Shown piece by piece: positions 9,083 to 16,923 of a stretch of 37,561 bases of DNA. Under the pieces are notes generated by a model. The model saw only the letters and a list, made by a program, of their open reading frames with translations. It was not told where the DNA came from and searched no databases. The translations under genes and the position numbers were made by a program. This stretch comes from Actinomycetales bacterium (GTDB taxonomy: Bacteria > Actinomycetota > Actinomycetes > Actinomycetales > CAVURS01). The stretch is taken from positions 62,001-99,561 of the forward strand of contig JBJMHS010000032.1 of NCBI GenBank assembly GCA_045807245.1, given 5' to 3'. The first letter of the stretch is position 1; each line of letters begins with the position of its first letter.

Positions 9083-9126
9083 AGCCAACGTACACAACGT
9101 TGGCTGGAATGTCACACCAAGGTCAC
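9083..9126 (-). promoter_or_regulatory. Promoter of the riboswitch-NlpC/P60 transcript with overlapping operator-like repeats
   Basis: Minus strand GTGACA (9115-9110)-N17-TACGTT (9092-9087); perfect IR AGCCAACGT-N5-ACGTTGGCT (9083-9105); direct repeat GTCAC-N6-GTCAC (9111-9126). Confidence 0.6.
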
Positions 9127-9305
9127 GGTCAGGTTGTCGGGGCGCACAAACCATCACCCGAACGGGTGAACGCCAGGTGAGCGGTAGTGCCACACCGTGC
9201 TGCGGGGGTCACAGCCCGCTGCCGAAACGCCGGATCGGCGCGGATTCCGGCGTGGATCCGGCCCGAGTCGGTCCAGGTCAGCCGGTCCGGATCAGGTGGC
9301 CCGGC

Positions 9306-10070
9306 TCAGCTGGCCGCAGGCGCGACGACGGGGGAGCCGACCGCCGTACCGGCCAGGACGGCGCTGAAGACGTGCGCGGCGATCTCCGGGTCGAGCTCGA
9401 CGTCCGGGCGGTCGACGCCGGTGAGGACGAGGACGGCCCGACCGCCGCCCTCGCTGGCTCGGACCCGCACCGTCGCACCGGGCTTGAGGCCGGCGCTGTG
9501 CAGAAGGCTCAGGACGGCATGGTCCAGCTGCGCGGGCTCGCCCAGGCGCCGAACGACCACCTCGACCGGCTCCGTGCCGGCCTCGGCCGCCAGCTCGGTC
9601 AGGGGGCGCAGCGTCCCGAGCGCGTCCAGGAACTCCTCGGAGGGCGTCGTGGCGCCGAGCTCCTCGAGGCCCGGGATGGGCGTGCCGTAGGGCGACTCCG
9701 TCGGGTTGTCCAGGATCTGCAGCAGCTTGCGCTCGACCCGCTCGCTCATGACGTGCTCCCAGCGGCAGGCCTCCTCGTGGACGTACTCCCACTCCAGGCC
9801 GATCACGTCGACCAGCAGGCGCTCGGCCAGCCGGTGCTTGCGCATGACCCGCATGGCCTTGTTGCGGCCGTCGGCGCTCAGCTCCAGGTGCCGGTCACCG
9901 GAGACATGGAGCAGCCCGTCGCGCTCCATCCGGGCGACGGTCTGGGAGACGGTCGGCCCGCTGTGACCGAGCCGCTCGGCGATGCGGGCGCGCAGCGGGA
10001 CGATGCCCTCCTCCTGCAGCTCGTAGATCGTGCGCAGGTACATCTCGGTCGTGTCGATCAGGTCACTCAC
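9306..10070 (-). CDS. ideR: DtxR/IdeR iron-dependent repressor
   Basis: MSDLIDTTEMYLRTIYEL, SGPTVSQTVARMERDGL, MRKHRLAERLL, HEEACRWEHVMS, SPYGTPIPGL; C-terminal FeoA-like region. Confidence 0.95.
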   Translation of the reverse strand: MSDLIDTTEMYLRTIYELQEEGIVPLRARIAERLGHSGPTVSQTVARMERDGLLHVSGDRHLELSADGRNKAMRVMRKHRLAERLLVDVIGLEWEYVHEEACRWEHVMSERVERKLLQILDNPTESPYGTPIPGLEELGATTPSEEFLDALGTLRPLTELAAEAGTEPVEVVVRRLGEPAQLDHAVLSLLHSAGLKPGATVRVRASEGGGRAVLVLTGVDRPDVELDPEIAAHVFSAVLAGTAVGSPVVAPAAS

Positions 10071-10171
10071 TGGGTGACTCCCTGTTTCCTGCTGATGCCC
10101 ACGCTGATCCTCGGCCGGTCACTGGCGCGAACGCCGTACGGCGGCCCCGCTGTTCCGCACCTAGCCTCCCA

Positions 10172-10277
10172 CTCGTGCCCGCCCCCGCGCGGTGCTCCCT
10201 GGAGCCCGGTTGGACGCGGGCATTTCGGGCCTGCCAACCGGGCGCTGGGGAGCACCGCGCGGGGTGGGGAGCACGGG
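10172..10277. repeat. Long intergenic palindrome (REP-like element or terminator)
   Basis: Perfect 17-bp arms (10183-10199/10248-10264), perfect 10-bp arms (10204-10213/10234-10243) and an outer 7-bp stem with one G-U pair (10172-10178/10271-10277); 20-nt loop. Confidence 0.75.
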
Positions 10278-10278
10278 G

Positions 10279-10716
10279 TCAGGAGGGGAGGCTGAGCTTG
10301 CTGTCGACGAGCATCCGGGAGGCGAGCCCGAGCAGCCCGATGCCGACGACGGCGTGCAGGCCGCCGAGCCAGGCCCGGTCCTCACCGAGGGAGGCCAGGA
10401 GCGGCTGCGCCACAGCCATCAGCACGAGCAGCACCGCCGCCTCGACGATCAGGCGGCCGCCTGGACGGGCCAGCAGGACCAGAATCAGCAAGAGCAGGGC
10501 GACGGCGGACATGATGTCGCCGTTGAGCCGGTGAGGGTCGAAGGCCGTCTCTCCCGACGACCCGAGCGTCTGCCCGTCGAGGTCGAAGACCCCGAGCCCG
10601 GCCAGGAAGATCTGTACGCCGCCCAGCAGCAGGAAAAGCATCGTGCCGCGGCGGAACGCCTGGAGCGCCCCGGCCCGGAGCCCGGTCAACGTCACGACTC
10701 GCGCCTCGTCGGTCAT
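10279..10716 (-). CDS. Small four-TM membrane protein (DUF6220-like)
   Basis: Four hydrophobic segments with VQIFLAGLGVF, H, Q and GGLHA residues typical of DUF6220; start ATG 10716 (the longer ORF overlaps sigK on the other strand). Confidence 0.72.
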   Translation of the reverse strand: MTDEARVVTLTGLRAGALQAFRRGTMLFLLLGGVQIFLAGLGVFDLDGQTLGSSGETAFDPHRLNGDIMSAVALLLLILVLLARPGGRLIVEAAVLLVLMAVAQPLLASLGEDRAWLGGLHAVVGIGLLGLASRMLVDSKLSLPS

Positions 10717-10806
10717 GCCCCCACCTTGCACCCGGGCACGCGCCGACCCGGGTGAGGGGTCGACGCGTCCTCCCGCACGCCGTGACGCCGGACGAAAAAC
10801 TCGCAC

Positions 10807-10832
10807 CAATCCAGGCCCGGCTACGTGCCGAA
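10807..10832 (+). promoter_or_regulatory. SigK-type ECF autoregulatory promoter
   Basis: CAATCC-N15-CCGAA upstream of sigK, one mismatch from the CCATCC-N15-CCGAA consensus I recall for mycobacterial SigK. Confidence 0.7.
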
Positions 10833-10920
10833 CCACCTCGGACAGGGTTGGCTGTGTCCGGCGGAGGGGCCGGTCACAACCACCCCTGTCGTAAGCGTCG
10901 GGAGCGAGCAGGAGAGCGTC

Positions 10921-11565
10921 GTGACGGGTGGGCAGCGCAGGTTGCGGGCCGTGGTGGGCTCCTCCGCGCAGCACGCCCACAGTGAGGGTTCGGCCCACGC
11001 GGCCGTACCGGTCGCGGCGGCCGGCACCCCGGAGGCGCTCATCGCGCACGTGGCGCGCGGGGACGAGCGCAGCTTCGAGCAGCTGTACGACGAGGTCGGC
11101 GGCCAGGTGCACGGGCTGGTCCGGCGCGTGCTGCGCGACCCGGCCCAGTCCGAGGAGGTGACCCAGGAGGTCTTCCTGGAGATCTGGCGTACGGCGTCCC
11201 GGTTCGACCCGTCGCGAGGCCGGGCCATGACCTGGGTGATGACCATCGCGCATGCCCGCGCCGTGGACCGCGTGCGGTCCGCGCAGGCGGCGACCGACCG
11301 TGAAGTGCGCGTCGGCCAGCGCGACTACGACGTGGCCTACGACGAGGTGTCCGAAGCAGTCGAGAGCCGGCTGGAACGAGTCCAGGTGCGGCGCTGCCTG
11401 GACGGCCTGACCGCCCTGCAGCGTGAGTCGCTGACCCTCGCCTACTACGCCGGATACACCTACAACCAGGTGGCCGACCTGCTGTCCGTCCCGCTGGGCA
11501 CGGTGAAGACGCGGCTGCGCGACGGGCTGATCCGCATGCGCGACTGCATGGGGGTGGAGGCATGA
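10921..11565 (+). CDS. sigK: ECF RNA polymerase sigma factor SigK
   Basis: ARGDERSFEQLYD, RVLRDPAQSEEVTQEVFLEIWR, AHARAVDRVRS, VRRCLDGLT, LAYYAGYTY, PLGTVKTRLRDGLIRMRDCMG; AGGAGAG SD before GTG 10921. Confidence 0.93.
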   Translation: MTGGQRRLRAVVGSSAQHAHSEGSAHAAVPVAAAGTPEALIAHVARGDERSFEQLYDEVGGQVHGLVRRVLRDPAQSEEVTQEVFLEIWRTASRFDPSRGRAMTWVMTIAHARAVDRVRSAQAATDREVRVGQRDYDVAYDEVSEAVESRLERVQVRRCLDGLTALQRESLTLAYYAGYTYNQVADLLSVPLGTVKTRLRDGLIRMRDCMGVEA

Positions 11566-12317
11566 CGACGTCGACCGACGATCTGCACACCCTGACCGGC
11601 GCGTACGCCGCCCATGCGCTGACGCACGAGGAGGTCGTCGAGTTCGAGGCGCACCTGCGCGACTGCGCCTCCTGCCCGCAGGAGACCCGCGAGCTCGTCG
11701 CCACCGCGGCCCGGCTCGGCCAGGCGGAGTACGACGCGCCGCCGCCGGAGCTGAAGGCTCGCATCATGACCGAGATCCGGCAGACCCGGCAGCTGCCCCC
11801 CGTGGGCCTGCACGCCCAGGTGGTCGACCTCGATGAGCGCCGGCGCAGCCGGCTGCTCCTGGGCGTGGCCGCTGCCGTTGCGGCGTTGGCCATTATCGGC
11901 GGCGGCATCAGCGGCGGCATCGCCTACCGCGCCCACCAGGACGCTCAGCGGGCCGAGGCCCGCGAGGCCGCGGTGGCGTCGGTGCTCTCGGCACCGGACG
12001 CGCGCACGGTCACGGCCAGCGGACCGGGCGGCGCCCACGGCACGGCCGTCGTCTCGGACAGCCGGCACGCCGCGGTGTTCTCGGCCTCGAGCTGGCCGGC
12101 GCCCGCGAGCGCCAAGACCTGGCAGCTGTGGGTCATCGACGCCACCGGCGCCCACTCGGCCGGACTGCTGACGCGTCGCGGCGACGGCACGATCAACCCG
12201 ACGTACGCCAAGGGCATCCCAACCGCGGGCGCGAACTTCGGGGTGACCCTGGAGCCGTCCGGCGGGTCGAAGCAGCCGACGACCAAGCCCGTCCTGCTGA
12301 TGCCCCTTCAGTCCTGA
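11562..12317 (+). CDS. rskA: Anti-sigma-K factor RskA
   Basis: ATGA-coupled to sigK; LTGAYA..AL, FEAHLRDCASC (HxxxCxxC), PPPELKARIM, single TM helix, C-terminal WQLWVI...FGVTLEPSGGSKQPT. Confidence 0.92.
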   Translation: MTTSTDDLHTLTGAYAAHALTHEEVVEFEAHLRDCASCPQETRELVATAARLGQAEYDAPPPELKARIMTEIRQTRQLPPVGLHAQVVDLDERRRSRLLLGVAAAVAALAIIGGGISGGIAYRAHQDAQRAEAREAAVASVLSAPDARTVTASGPGGAHGTAVVSDSRHAAVFSASSWPAPASAKTWQLWVIDATGAHSAGLLTRRGDGTINPTYAKGIPTAGANFGVTLEPSGGSKQPTTKPVLLMPLQS

Positions 12318-12337
12318 GTGAACACGGGCCAATTGCG

Positions 12338-12366
12338 TTGCCTGCCTCCACCGGCCGACGTACGGT
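12338..12366 (+). promoter_or_regulatory. Housekeeping-sigma promoter for the small RNA/sORF
   Basis: TTGCCT (12338-12343)-N17-TACGGT (12361-12366); predicted start near A12373. Confidence 0.65.
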
Positions 12367-12372
12367 TTTCGT

Positions 12373-12580
12373 ACACGGGAAAGGAGGTGGTCCGCGAAGT
12401 GATTGACAAACGGACGCGTGAGGTGGCTGCTAGCTAGCCCAACGTCGTAGACGGACGGACTTCCTTACCCGCCCGCCGCCGATGCGGCCAGCGAGTTTCG
12501 GCAGTCACCGCAGCCCGTGGGTTCGCCGCGCCCCGTCCAGCGCGGCTGGTCTTTCTGAGGCCGGCCCACGGGCTGTTCCA
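12373..12580 (+). ncRNA. Candidate structured small RNA / sORF-bearing transcript (family not recognised)
   Basis: Own promoter; long irregular hairpin 12422-12509; terminal multibranch structure closed by the 11-bp stem 12511-12521/12565-12575; no long credible ORF. Confidence 0.6.
12399..12437 (+). CDS. Putative 12-aa peptide MIDKRTREVAAS
   Basis: GTG ATT GAC AAA CGG ACG CGT GAG GTG GCT GCT AGC TAG, preceded by GAAAGGAGGTGGTCC (12379-12393). Confidence 0.5.
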   Translation: MIDKRTREVAAS

Positions 12581-12605
12581 TGCCCTCGGCCCGAACCCAG
12601 GGTTG

Positions 12606-12647
12606 CGTGGAGGATCGGGCCGGTCAGAGCCGGTCAGATCCTCCACG
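12606..12647. repeat. REP-like palindrome, copy 1 (3' flank of the DUF559-type gene)
   Basis: CGTGGAGGATC...GATCCTCCACG perfect 11-bp arms plus an inner stem; 12610-12647 matches 13686-13723 at 32 of 38 positions. Confidence 0.8.
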
Positions 12648-13616
12648 ATCCACATCGCACGCCGGCCCGCACGGACGAGGCCGGCCCCTCCAGCCGCGCA
12701 TGACCAGCACCGCCGCCACCTCACTCGCCACCTCACACGGCGTACCGAACACGTCGGTCCACCCGTACCTCAGCGTCGCGTGGCCGGCCCGGGTCGCGTC
12801 GTTGTCGCGCCGCCGGTCGCGGAACGCTCCCTCGTCCGCGTGGCCGAGCCGGCCGTCGAGCTCGATCCGGACTGAGAACGGCTCGACGTCCACATCGACC
12901 CAGCGGACGGACCGACCGGCCAGGCGATGCTGCCGGACGCCTGCTGGGAGGGCATGGGCCCGCTCCACGTTCCTGAGGTAGGCCACTTCGAGAGGTGACT
13001 GGGCACCGAGCGCGACGTCCCTCAAGACGGCGACCAGCTCAGTCCGCCAGCGGTGCCGGCCTTGGGACTCCAACACCTGCAACAGCCGGTCCGGCGTCGT
13101 CAACCGACGGCCGACCGCGCGACTCACCCAGGCACCAACCTGGACCAACCCTTCTGCGTCCGCGGACAGGTCGAGAACCGTGTGCTCGATGCGGGTACGC
13201 CGCGGTGTCCGGCTCGGATGCGCGCGCCCGGCGGCATGACGGCTGCGCCGCACGACGATTGCGGGCTCGACGACGACCCGTCGCGACGCCGGAACCAAGA
13301 CGTGCACGGGGCCACCGGACTCGTCGGCCAAGCCATCGAGGGCCGCGGCGGTGCGGCCCCAGGCCATCGCACCTTCGCCGACCCGCAGCAACGCTGCACT
13401 GACCCTGGTCCGGAAGGGCACCGGTCCGGTGAACGTGACGTACGTTCCGGCGAAGAGTCGCTGCCAACGGCCCGAGGCCAGCCGAGCCTCGATCGATGAG
13501 CGGCTCGCGCCCAGCGCCAGGAGCTGCGACCGGGCGATGGCCCCGTCCTGCTCGTCGGTCAGCGCAGCGACGGCTCGGGACAGCGGTGTTCGCTGCTCCG
13601 CCGGTTGCGCCCGCAT
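12624..13616 (-). CDS. AbiEi-like N-terminal domain / DUF559 (Vsr-like PD-(D/E)xK) nuclease-family protein
   Basis: QDGAIARSQLLALG...GRWQRLFAGTY N-terminus; AQSPLE...VD...IELDGRLGH...RDRRRDN...GHATLRYGW C-terminus; CAGTCT-N6-ATG suggests a leaderless start at 13616. Confidence 0.82.
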   Translation of the reverse strand: MRAQPAEQRTPLSRAVAALTDEQDGAIARSQLLALGASRSSIEARLASGRWQRLFAGTYVTFTGPVPFRTRVSAALLRVGEGAMAWGRTAAALDGLADESGGPVHVLVPASRRVVVEPAIVVRRSRHAAGRAHPSRTPRRTRIEHTVLDLSADAEGLVQVGAWVSRAVGRRLTTPDRLLQVLESQGRHRWRTELVAVLRDVALGAQSPLEVAYLRNVERAHALPAGVRQHRLAGRSVRWVDVDVEPFSVRIELDGRLGHADEGAFRDRRRDNDATRAGHATLRYGWTDVFGTPCEVASEVAAVLVMRGWRGRPRPCGPACDVDRGGSDRL

Positions 13617-13685
13617 GCCGGAAGACTGCGCCGAACTGCACGACTCACACCAGCGGGAGGCCGGCTCCTGTGGACGGCTGAGAAT

Positions 13686-13723
13686 GAGGATCGGGCCGGT
13701 CTGAGCCTGCCCATTCCTCCACG
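13686..13723. repeat. REP-like palindrome, copy 2 (5' flank of the DUF559-type gene), more degenerate
   Basis: GAGGATCGGGCCGGTCTGAGCCTGCCCATTCCTCCACG; same orientation as copy 1, 6 mismatches in 38 nt. Confidence 0.75.
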
Positions 13724-13732
13724 CCGGGCCGG

Positions 13733-14410
13733 CTAGGGCTGGAGGCGGGTGCGGGTCCAGGCGGCGTCGTCGAGGGCCGTCCCCTCGCGAGCCGTGTAGC
13801 GCACCCGGTCGTGCAGCCGCGACGGCTGGCCGACCCAGAGCTCGACCTCGACCGGACACACCCGGTACCCACCCCAGTAGTCAGGCAACGGCACGTCGTC
13901 GGGCGAGCCGGTGTCCGGCCAGCGCGCGTCCTCCGCCTCGACGGCAGCGACCAGGTCCTCCCGGCGGGGCAGCGGCTGCGACTGGTGCGACGCGCGCGAC
14001 GCCACCTGCGAGCCGCGCGGCCGGGTGGCGAAGTAGGCGGCGCTCTCCTCGCGCGAGACGGCCTCGACCGGGCCGCGCAGCCGCACCTGCCGGTACATCG
14101 GGTGCCAGGGCAGGACGAGCGCCGCGAACGACACCGCTGCCAGCTCCGCCGCCTTGGGGGAGCCGAGGTTCGTGTAGAACTCGGCCCCCCGCGCATCGAG
14201 CCCCTTCAGCAGGACCGTCCGGGCGTTCGGGCGGCCCGAGGCGTCCACCGTGGCCACCACCATCGCGGCCGGCTCGTCGACCCGCTCGTCCGCGACGGCC
14301 GCGGCGTACCACTCAGCGAGCAAGGGCAGCGGCGCCGCCGGCAGGTCGTCGCCGAGGCCAGGCGCATCGTACGTCCGGCGCAGGGTGGGGTCGACGATGA
14401 AGTCGCTCAC
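13733..14410 (-). CDS. pdxH: Pyridoxamine 5'-phosphate oxidase
   Basis: EPAAMVVATVD, RTVLLKG, FYTNLGSPK, RQVRLRG, YFATRPRGSQ, PDYWGGY, ELWVGQPSRLHDR, RLQP end; GTGA overlap with the upstream stop. Confidence 0.95.
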   Translation of the reverse strand: MSDFIVDPTLRRTYDAPGLGDDLPAAPLPLLAEWYAAAVADERVDEPAAMVVATVDASGRPNARTVLLKGLDARGAEFYTNLGSPKAAELAAVSFAALVLPWHPMYRQVRLRGPVEAVSREESAAYFATRPRGSQVASRASHQSQPLPRREDLVAAVEAEDARWPDTGSPDDVPLPDYWGGYRVCPVEVELWVGQPSRLHDRVRYTAREGTALDDAAWTRTRLQP

Positions 14411-15291
14411 GCAGGGACCGGGATGGCCGGATGGTGGTCGTGCATCGTGGGTTTCGCGTCCGGATGCGCGCGCAGCCAGGCGAACCGCTCGCGCGACTCC
14501 TCGTCGTCGGCCCGGTAGACCACGATCCGGTTCTCCGGCGAACCGGTCACGGCCAGGCTCGTCGTCGTCGCGCGGATCTCCCCCACCGCCGCGTGCCGGA
14601 ACACCTTCCTCATCGGCCCGGGCGCCGCCACGTGTTGCTCGGCCCACATCTGGGCGAAGGCCGGGCTGGCCGCCCGCATCTCGGCCAGGAACGACTCCCA
14701 GTCGGGCTCGCCCACGTGCCGGCCGTAGCCCGAGCGCAGCGTCGCCACCATGGTCGCCTTGTAGTCGTCCGGGCGGGCCATCGGGCTGCAGCAGGTGGGC
14801 CGGGTGAAGATGCACCACAAGGTGTTGAGCCGCGTGGCGTCGCAGATGAAGCCCCCGAACACCGCGGCGTACGCGGCATTCCAGCCCAGCAGGTCGTAGC
14901 GCGCGTTCGTGAGTGAGGCCGGCAACGGGTCGAGCGCGTCCAGGATCTCCTGGACCTCGTCGGTGATCCCGGTCGAGCCGACCGAGTCCGGGGGCGGCAG
15001 CTCGGCCAGGTGGAACAGGTGGTCGCGCTCGGCCGCCGTCAACCGCAACGTGCGGCCGATCGCGTCAACGACCTGCTCGCTGGCGTTGATCGGCCGGCCC
15101 TGCTCCAGCCACGTGTACCAGGTGACCCCCACGCCGGCGAGGTTCGCGACCTCCTCCCGGCGCAGCCCGGGCGTACGGCGGCGCGGCCCCGGTGCCAGCC
15201 CGACCGCGTCCGGTGTGATCCGCTCGCGGCAGGCGCGCAGGAAGGCGGCCAGCTCGGTACGGCGGGCCGCGCGCTGGGCGGTATCGGTCAT
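14407..15291 (-). CDS. MmyB-like XRE-family transcriptional regulator (HTH + PAS-like ligand-binding domain)
   Basis: ELAAFLRACRERITP, RRRTPGLRREEVANLAGVGVTWYTWLEQGR, ERDHLFHLA, DLLGWN, SPAFAQMW; start 15291 or 15300. Confidence 0.92.
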   Translation of the reverse strand: MTDTAQRAARRTELAAFLRACRERITPDAVGLAPGPRRRTPGLRREEVANLAGVGVTWYTWLEQGRPINASEQVVDAIGRTLRLTAAERDHLFHLAELPPPDSVGSTGITDEVQEILDALDPLPASLTNARYDLLGWNAAYAAVFGGFICDATRLNTLWCIFTRPTCCSPMARPDDYKATMVATLRSGYGRHVGEPDWESFLAEMRAASPAFAQMWAEQHVAAPGPMRKVFRHAAVGEIRATTTSLAVTGSPENRIVVYRADDEESRERFAWLRAHPDAKPTMHDHHPAIPVPA

Positions 15292-15394
15292 GGCATCCAT
15301 CCTCAGGGCCGATGTGGACCGCTGCCAGGTGTTGTCAGTACCAGTATGAACAGGCTCTCACTACCCGGATCCGAACCGTTCCATTGTCATGGAC

Positions 15395-16870
15395 ATGACC
15401 CAGAGCCACACCCTGACAAGTACAGGCTCGACCACCAGCGGCGACACCAGCGCGATCGAGCTGTCCGGCGCCGCCACCCGCGGCACCTCCCGGCCCGGCC
15501 TCATCCTGGCCCTGGTCCTGGTCGGTCAGTTCATGGCCCTGCTCGACGTGGCGGTCGTCAACGTCGCGGCGCCGTCCATCGAGTCCGAGCTGGGCTCGAG
15601 CGGCGCGGCCCTCCAGCTGGTCGTGTCCGGCTACACGATCGCGTACGCCGTACTGCTCATCACCGGTGCCCGGCTGGGCGAGCGGCTCGGCTTCACCCGC
15701 GTCTTCATGGCCGGTCTCGGCGTGTTCACCGTGGCCTCGCTGGCCTGCGCGCTCGCGCCGACGACCAGCACCCTGATCGCGTTCCGGGTCATCCAGGGCG
15801 CCGGGTCGGCGCTCATGGTGCCGCAGGTCATCAGCCTCATCCAGCGAACGTTCACCGGTCCGGCTCGCGTCAAGGCCCTCGGCGCGTACACCGCGACGCT
15901 GTCCTCCGGCATGGTCGTGGGCCAGGTGCTCGGTGGGGTGTTGGTGTCCGCCGACCTGCTCGGCACCGGCTGGCGGTCGGTGTTCGCGATCAACGTGCCG
16001 ATCGGGGCCGTCCTGCTCGTCGCCGGCCTGCGGCTGCTGCCGCGCTTCGAGGGCACACCGCGCCAGCTCGACCTGCCGGGCCTGCTCACCTTGTCCGCGG
16101 CGGTCTTCCTGTTCGTCGTACCGCTCGTGATGGGCCACCAGGAGCACTGGCCGCTGTGGGGGTGGGTCATGCTCGGCGCGAGCGCTGTCGCCGTCGCCTC
16201 GTTCGTCCGGTTCGAGCGCGGCCTGGCCCGGCGCGGCGGGCACCCGCTCATCCGCGGACGCGTCCTCACCTCGCCCGGGCTGGCGGTGGCCGCCGTGTGC
16301 ATGCTGCTCGTCATGGCCGGGGTGGCCGGGTTCATGTTCAGCTTCACGCTGTACCTGCAGGGAGGCCTCGGGCAGAGCGCACTGCGGACCGGGCTGACCT
16401 TCGCCCCGATGGCCGCCGGGTTCGGCGTCGCGGGCCTGTGGTGGCGGCGGCTGCCGGAGACCTGGCACCACTACCTTCCGACGACCGGTCTGCTGGTCTG
16501 CTCGGTCGGGTACGGCGTTCTCGGCGGTGAGGTGTCGGCCGGCCGCGACATCCCGCTCGCGCTCGAGGCGGTCATGGTGGTCATGGGCCTGCTCGCGGGT
16601 TGTGCGTACGGTCAGCTGTTCGCGTCAGCACTCAGCCGGGTCCGGGTGCAGGACGCAGCCGACGCGAGCGGCGTCATGGTGACCGTGCTGCAGCTGGGCC
16701 AGGTCGTCGGCGTCGCGGTGTTCGGCACGATCTTCCTCACCTCGCTGGCGTCCCAGCCGTCCGCGGCCGACGCTGGGCATGCGGCCGCCTTGGCGGTCGC
16801 CGGCGTCGCTGGCGCAACCGCTCTGGCGGGAGGGCTGTCGGCGTTCCGGCCCCGTACGGGCCAGGTCTGA
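15395..16870 (+). CDS. MFS drug:H+ antiporter (DHA2, 14-TM type)
   Basis: QFMALLDVAVVNVAAPSI, LITGARLGERLG, RVIQGAGSALMVPQ, GWRSVFAINVPIG; divergent from the MmyB regulator; start 15395 (CATTGT-N7-ATG) or 15389. Confidence 0.92.
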   Translation: MTQSHTLTSTGSTTSGDTSAIELSGAATRGTSRPGLILALVLVGQFMALLDVAVVNVAAPSIESELGSSGAALQLVVSGYTIAYAVLLITGARLGERLGFTRVFMAGLGVFTVASLACALAPTTSTLIAFRVIQGAGSALMVPQVISLIQRTFTGPARVKALGAYTATLSSGMVVGQVLGGVLVSADLLGTGWRSVFAINVPIGAVLLVAGLRLLPRFEGTPRQLDLPGLLTLSAAVFLFVVPLVMGHQEHWPLWGWVMLGASAVAVASFVRFERGLARRGGHPLIRGRVLTSPGLAVAAVCMLLVMAGVAGFMFSFTLYLQGGLGQSALRTGLTFAPMAAGFGVAGLWWRRLPETWHHYLPTTGLLVCSVGYGVLGGEVSAGRDIPLALEAVMVVMGLLAGCAYGQLFASALSRVRVQDAADASGVMVTVLQLGQVVGVAVFGTIFLTSLASQPSAADAGHAAALAVAGVAGATALAGGLSAFRPRTGQV

Positions 16871-16923
16871 GCCGCCGGACCGCGCCGGCGGCCGGTCGAG
16901 CAGCCGGACGGTACATTCGCGGC

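Noticed and set aside
12379..12393. Possible 16S rRNA gene fragment on the minus strand
   Set aside because: The match is limited to the 15-nt anti-SD complement and the flanks do not resemble 16S; better explained as a ribosome-binding site.
12403..12408. TTGACA hexamer as a -35 box
   Set aside because: No convincing TANNNT at 16-18 nt spacing; it lies within the sORF codons ATT GAC AAA.
12606..13723. CRISPR array or classical IS element
   Set aside because: Only two repeat copies, ~1 kb apart; no spacers, cas genes, DDE/HUH transposase motifs or clear target-site duplication.
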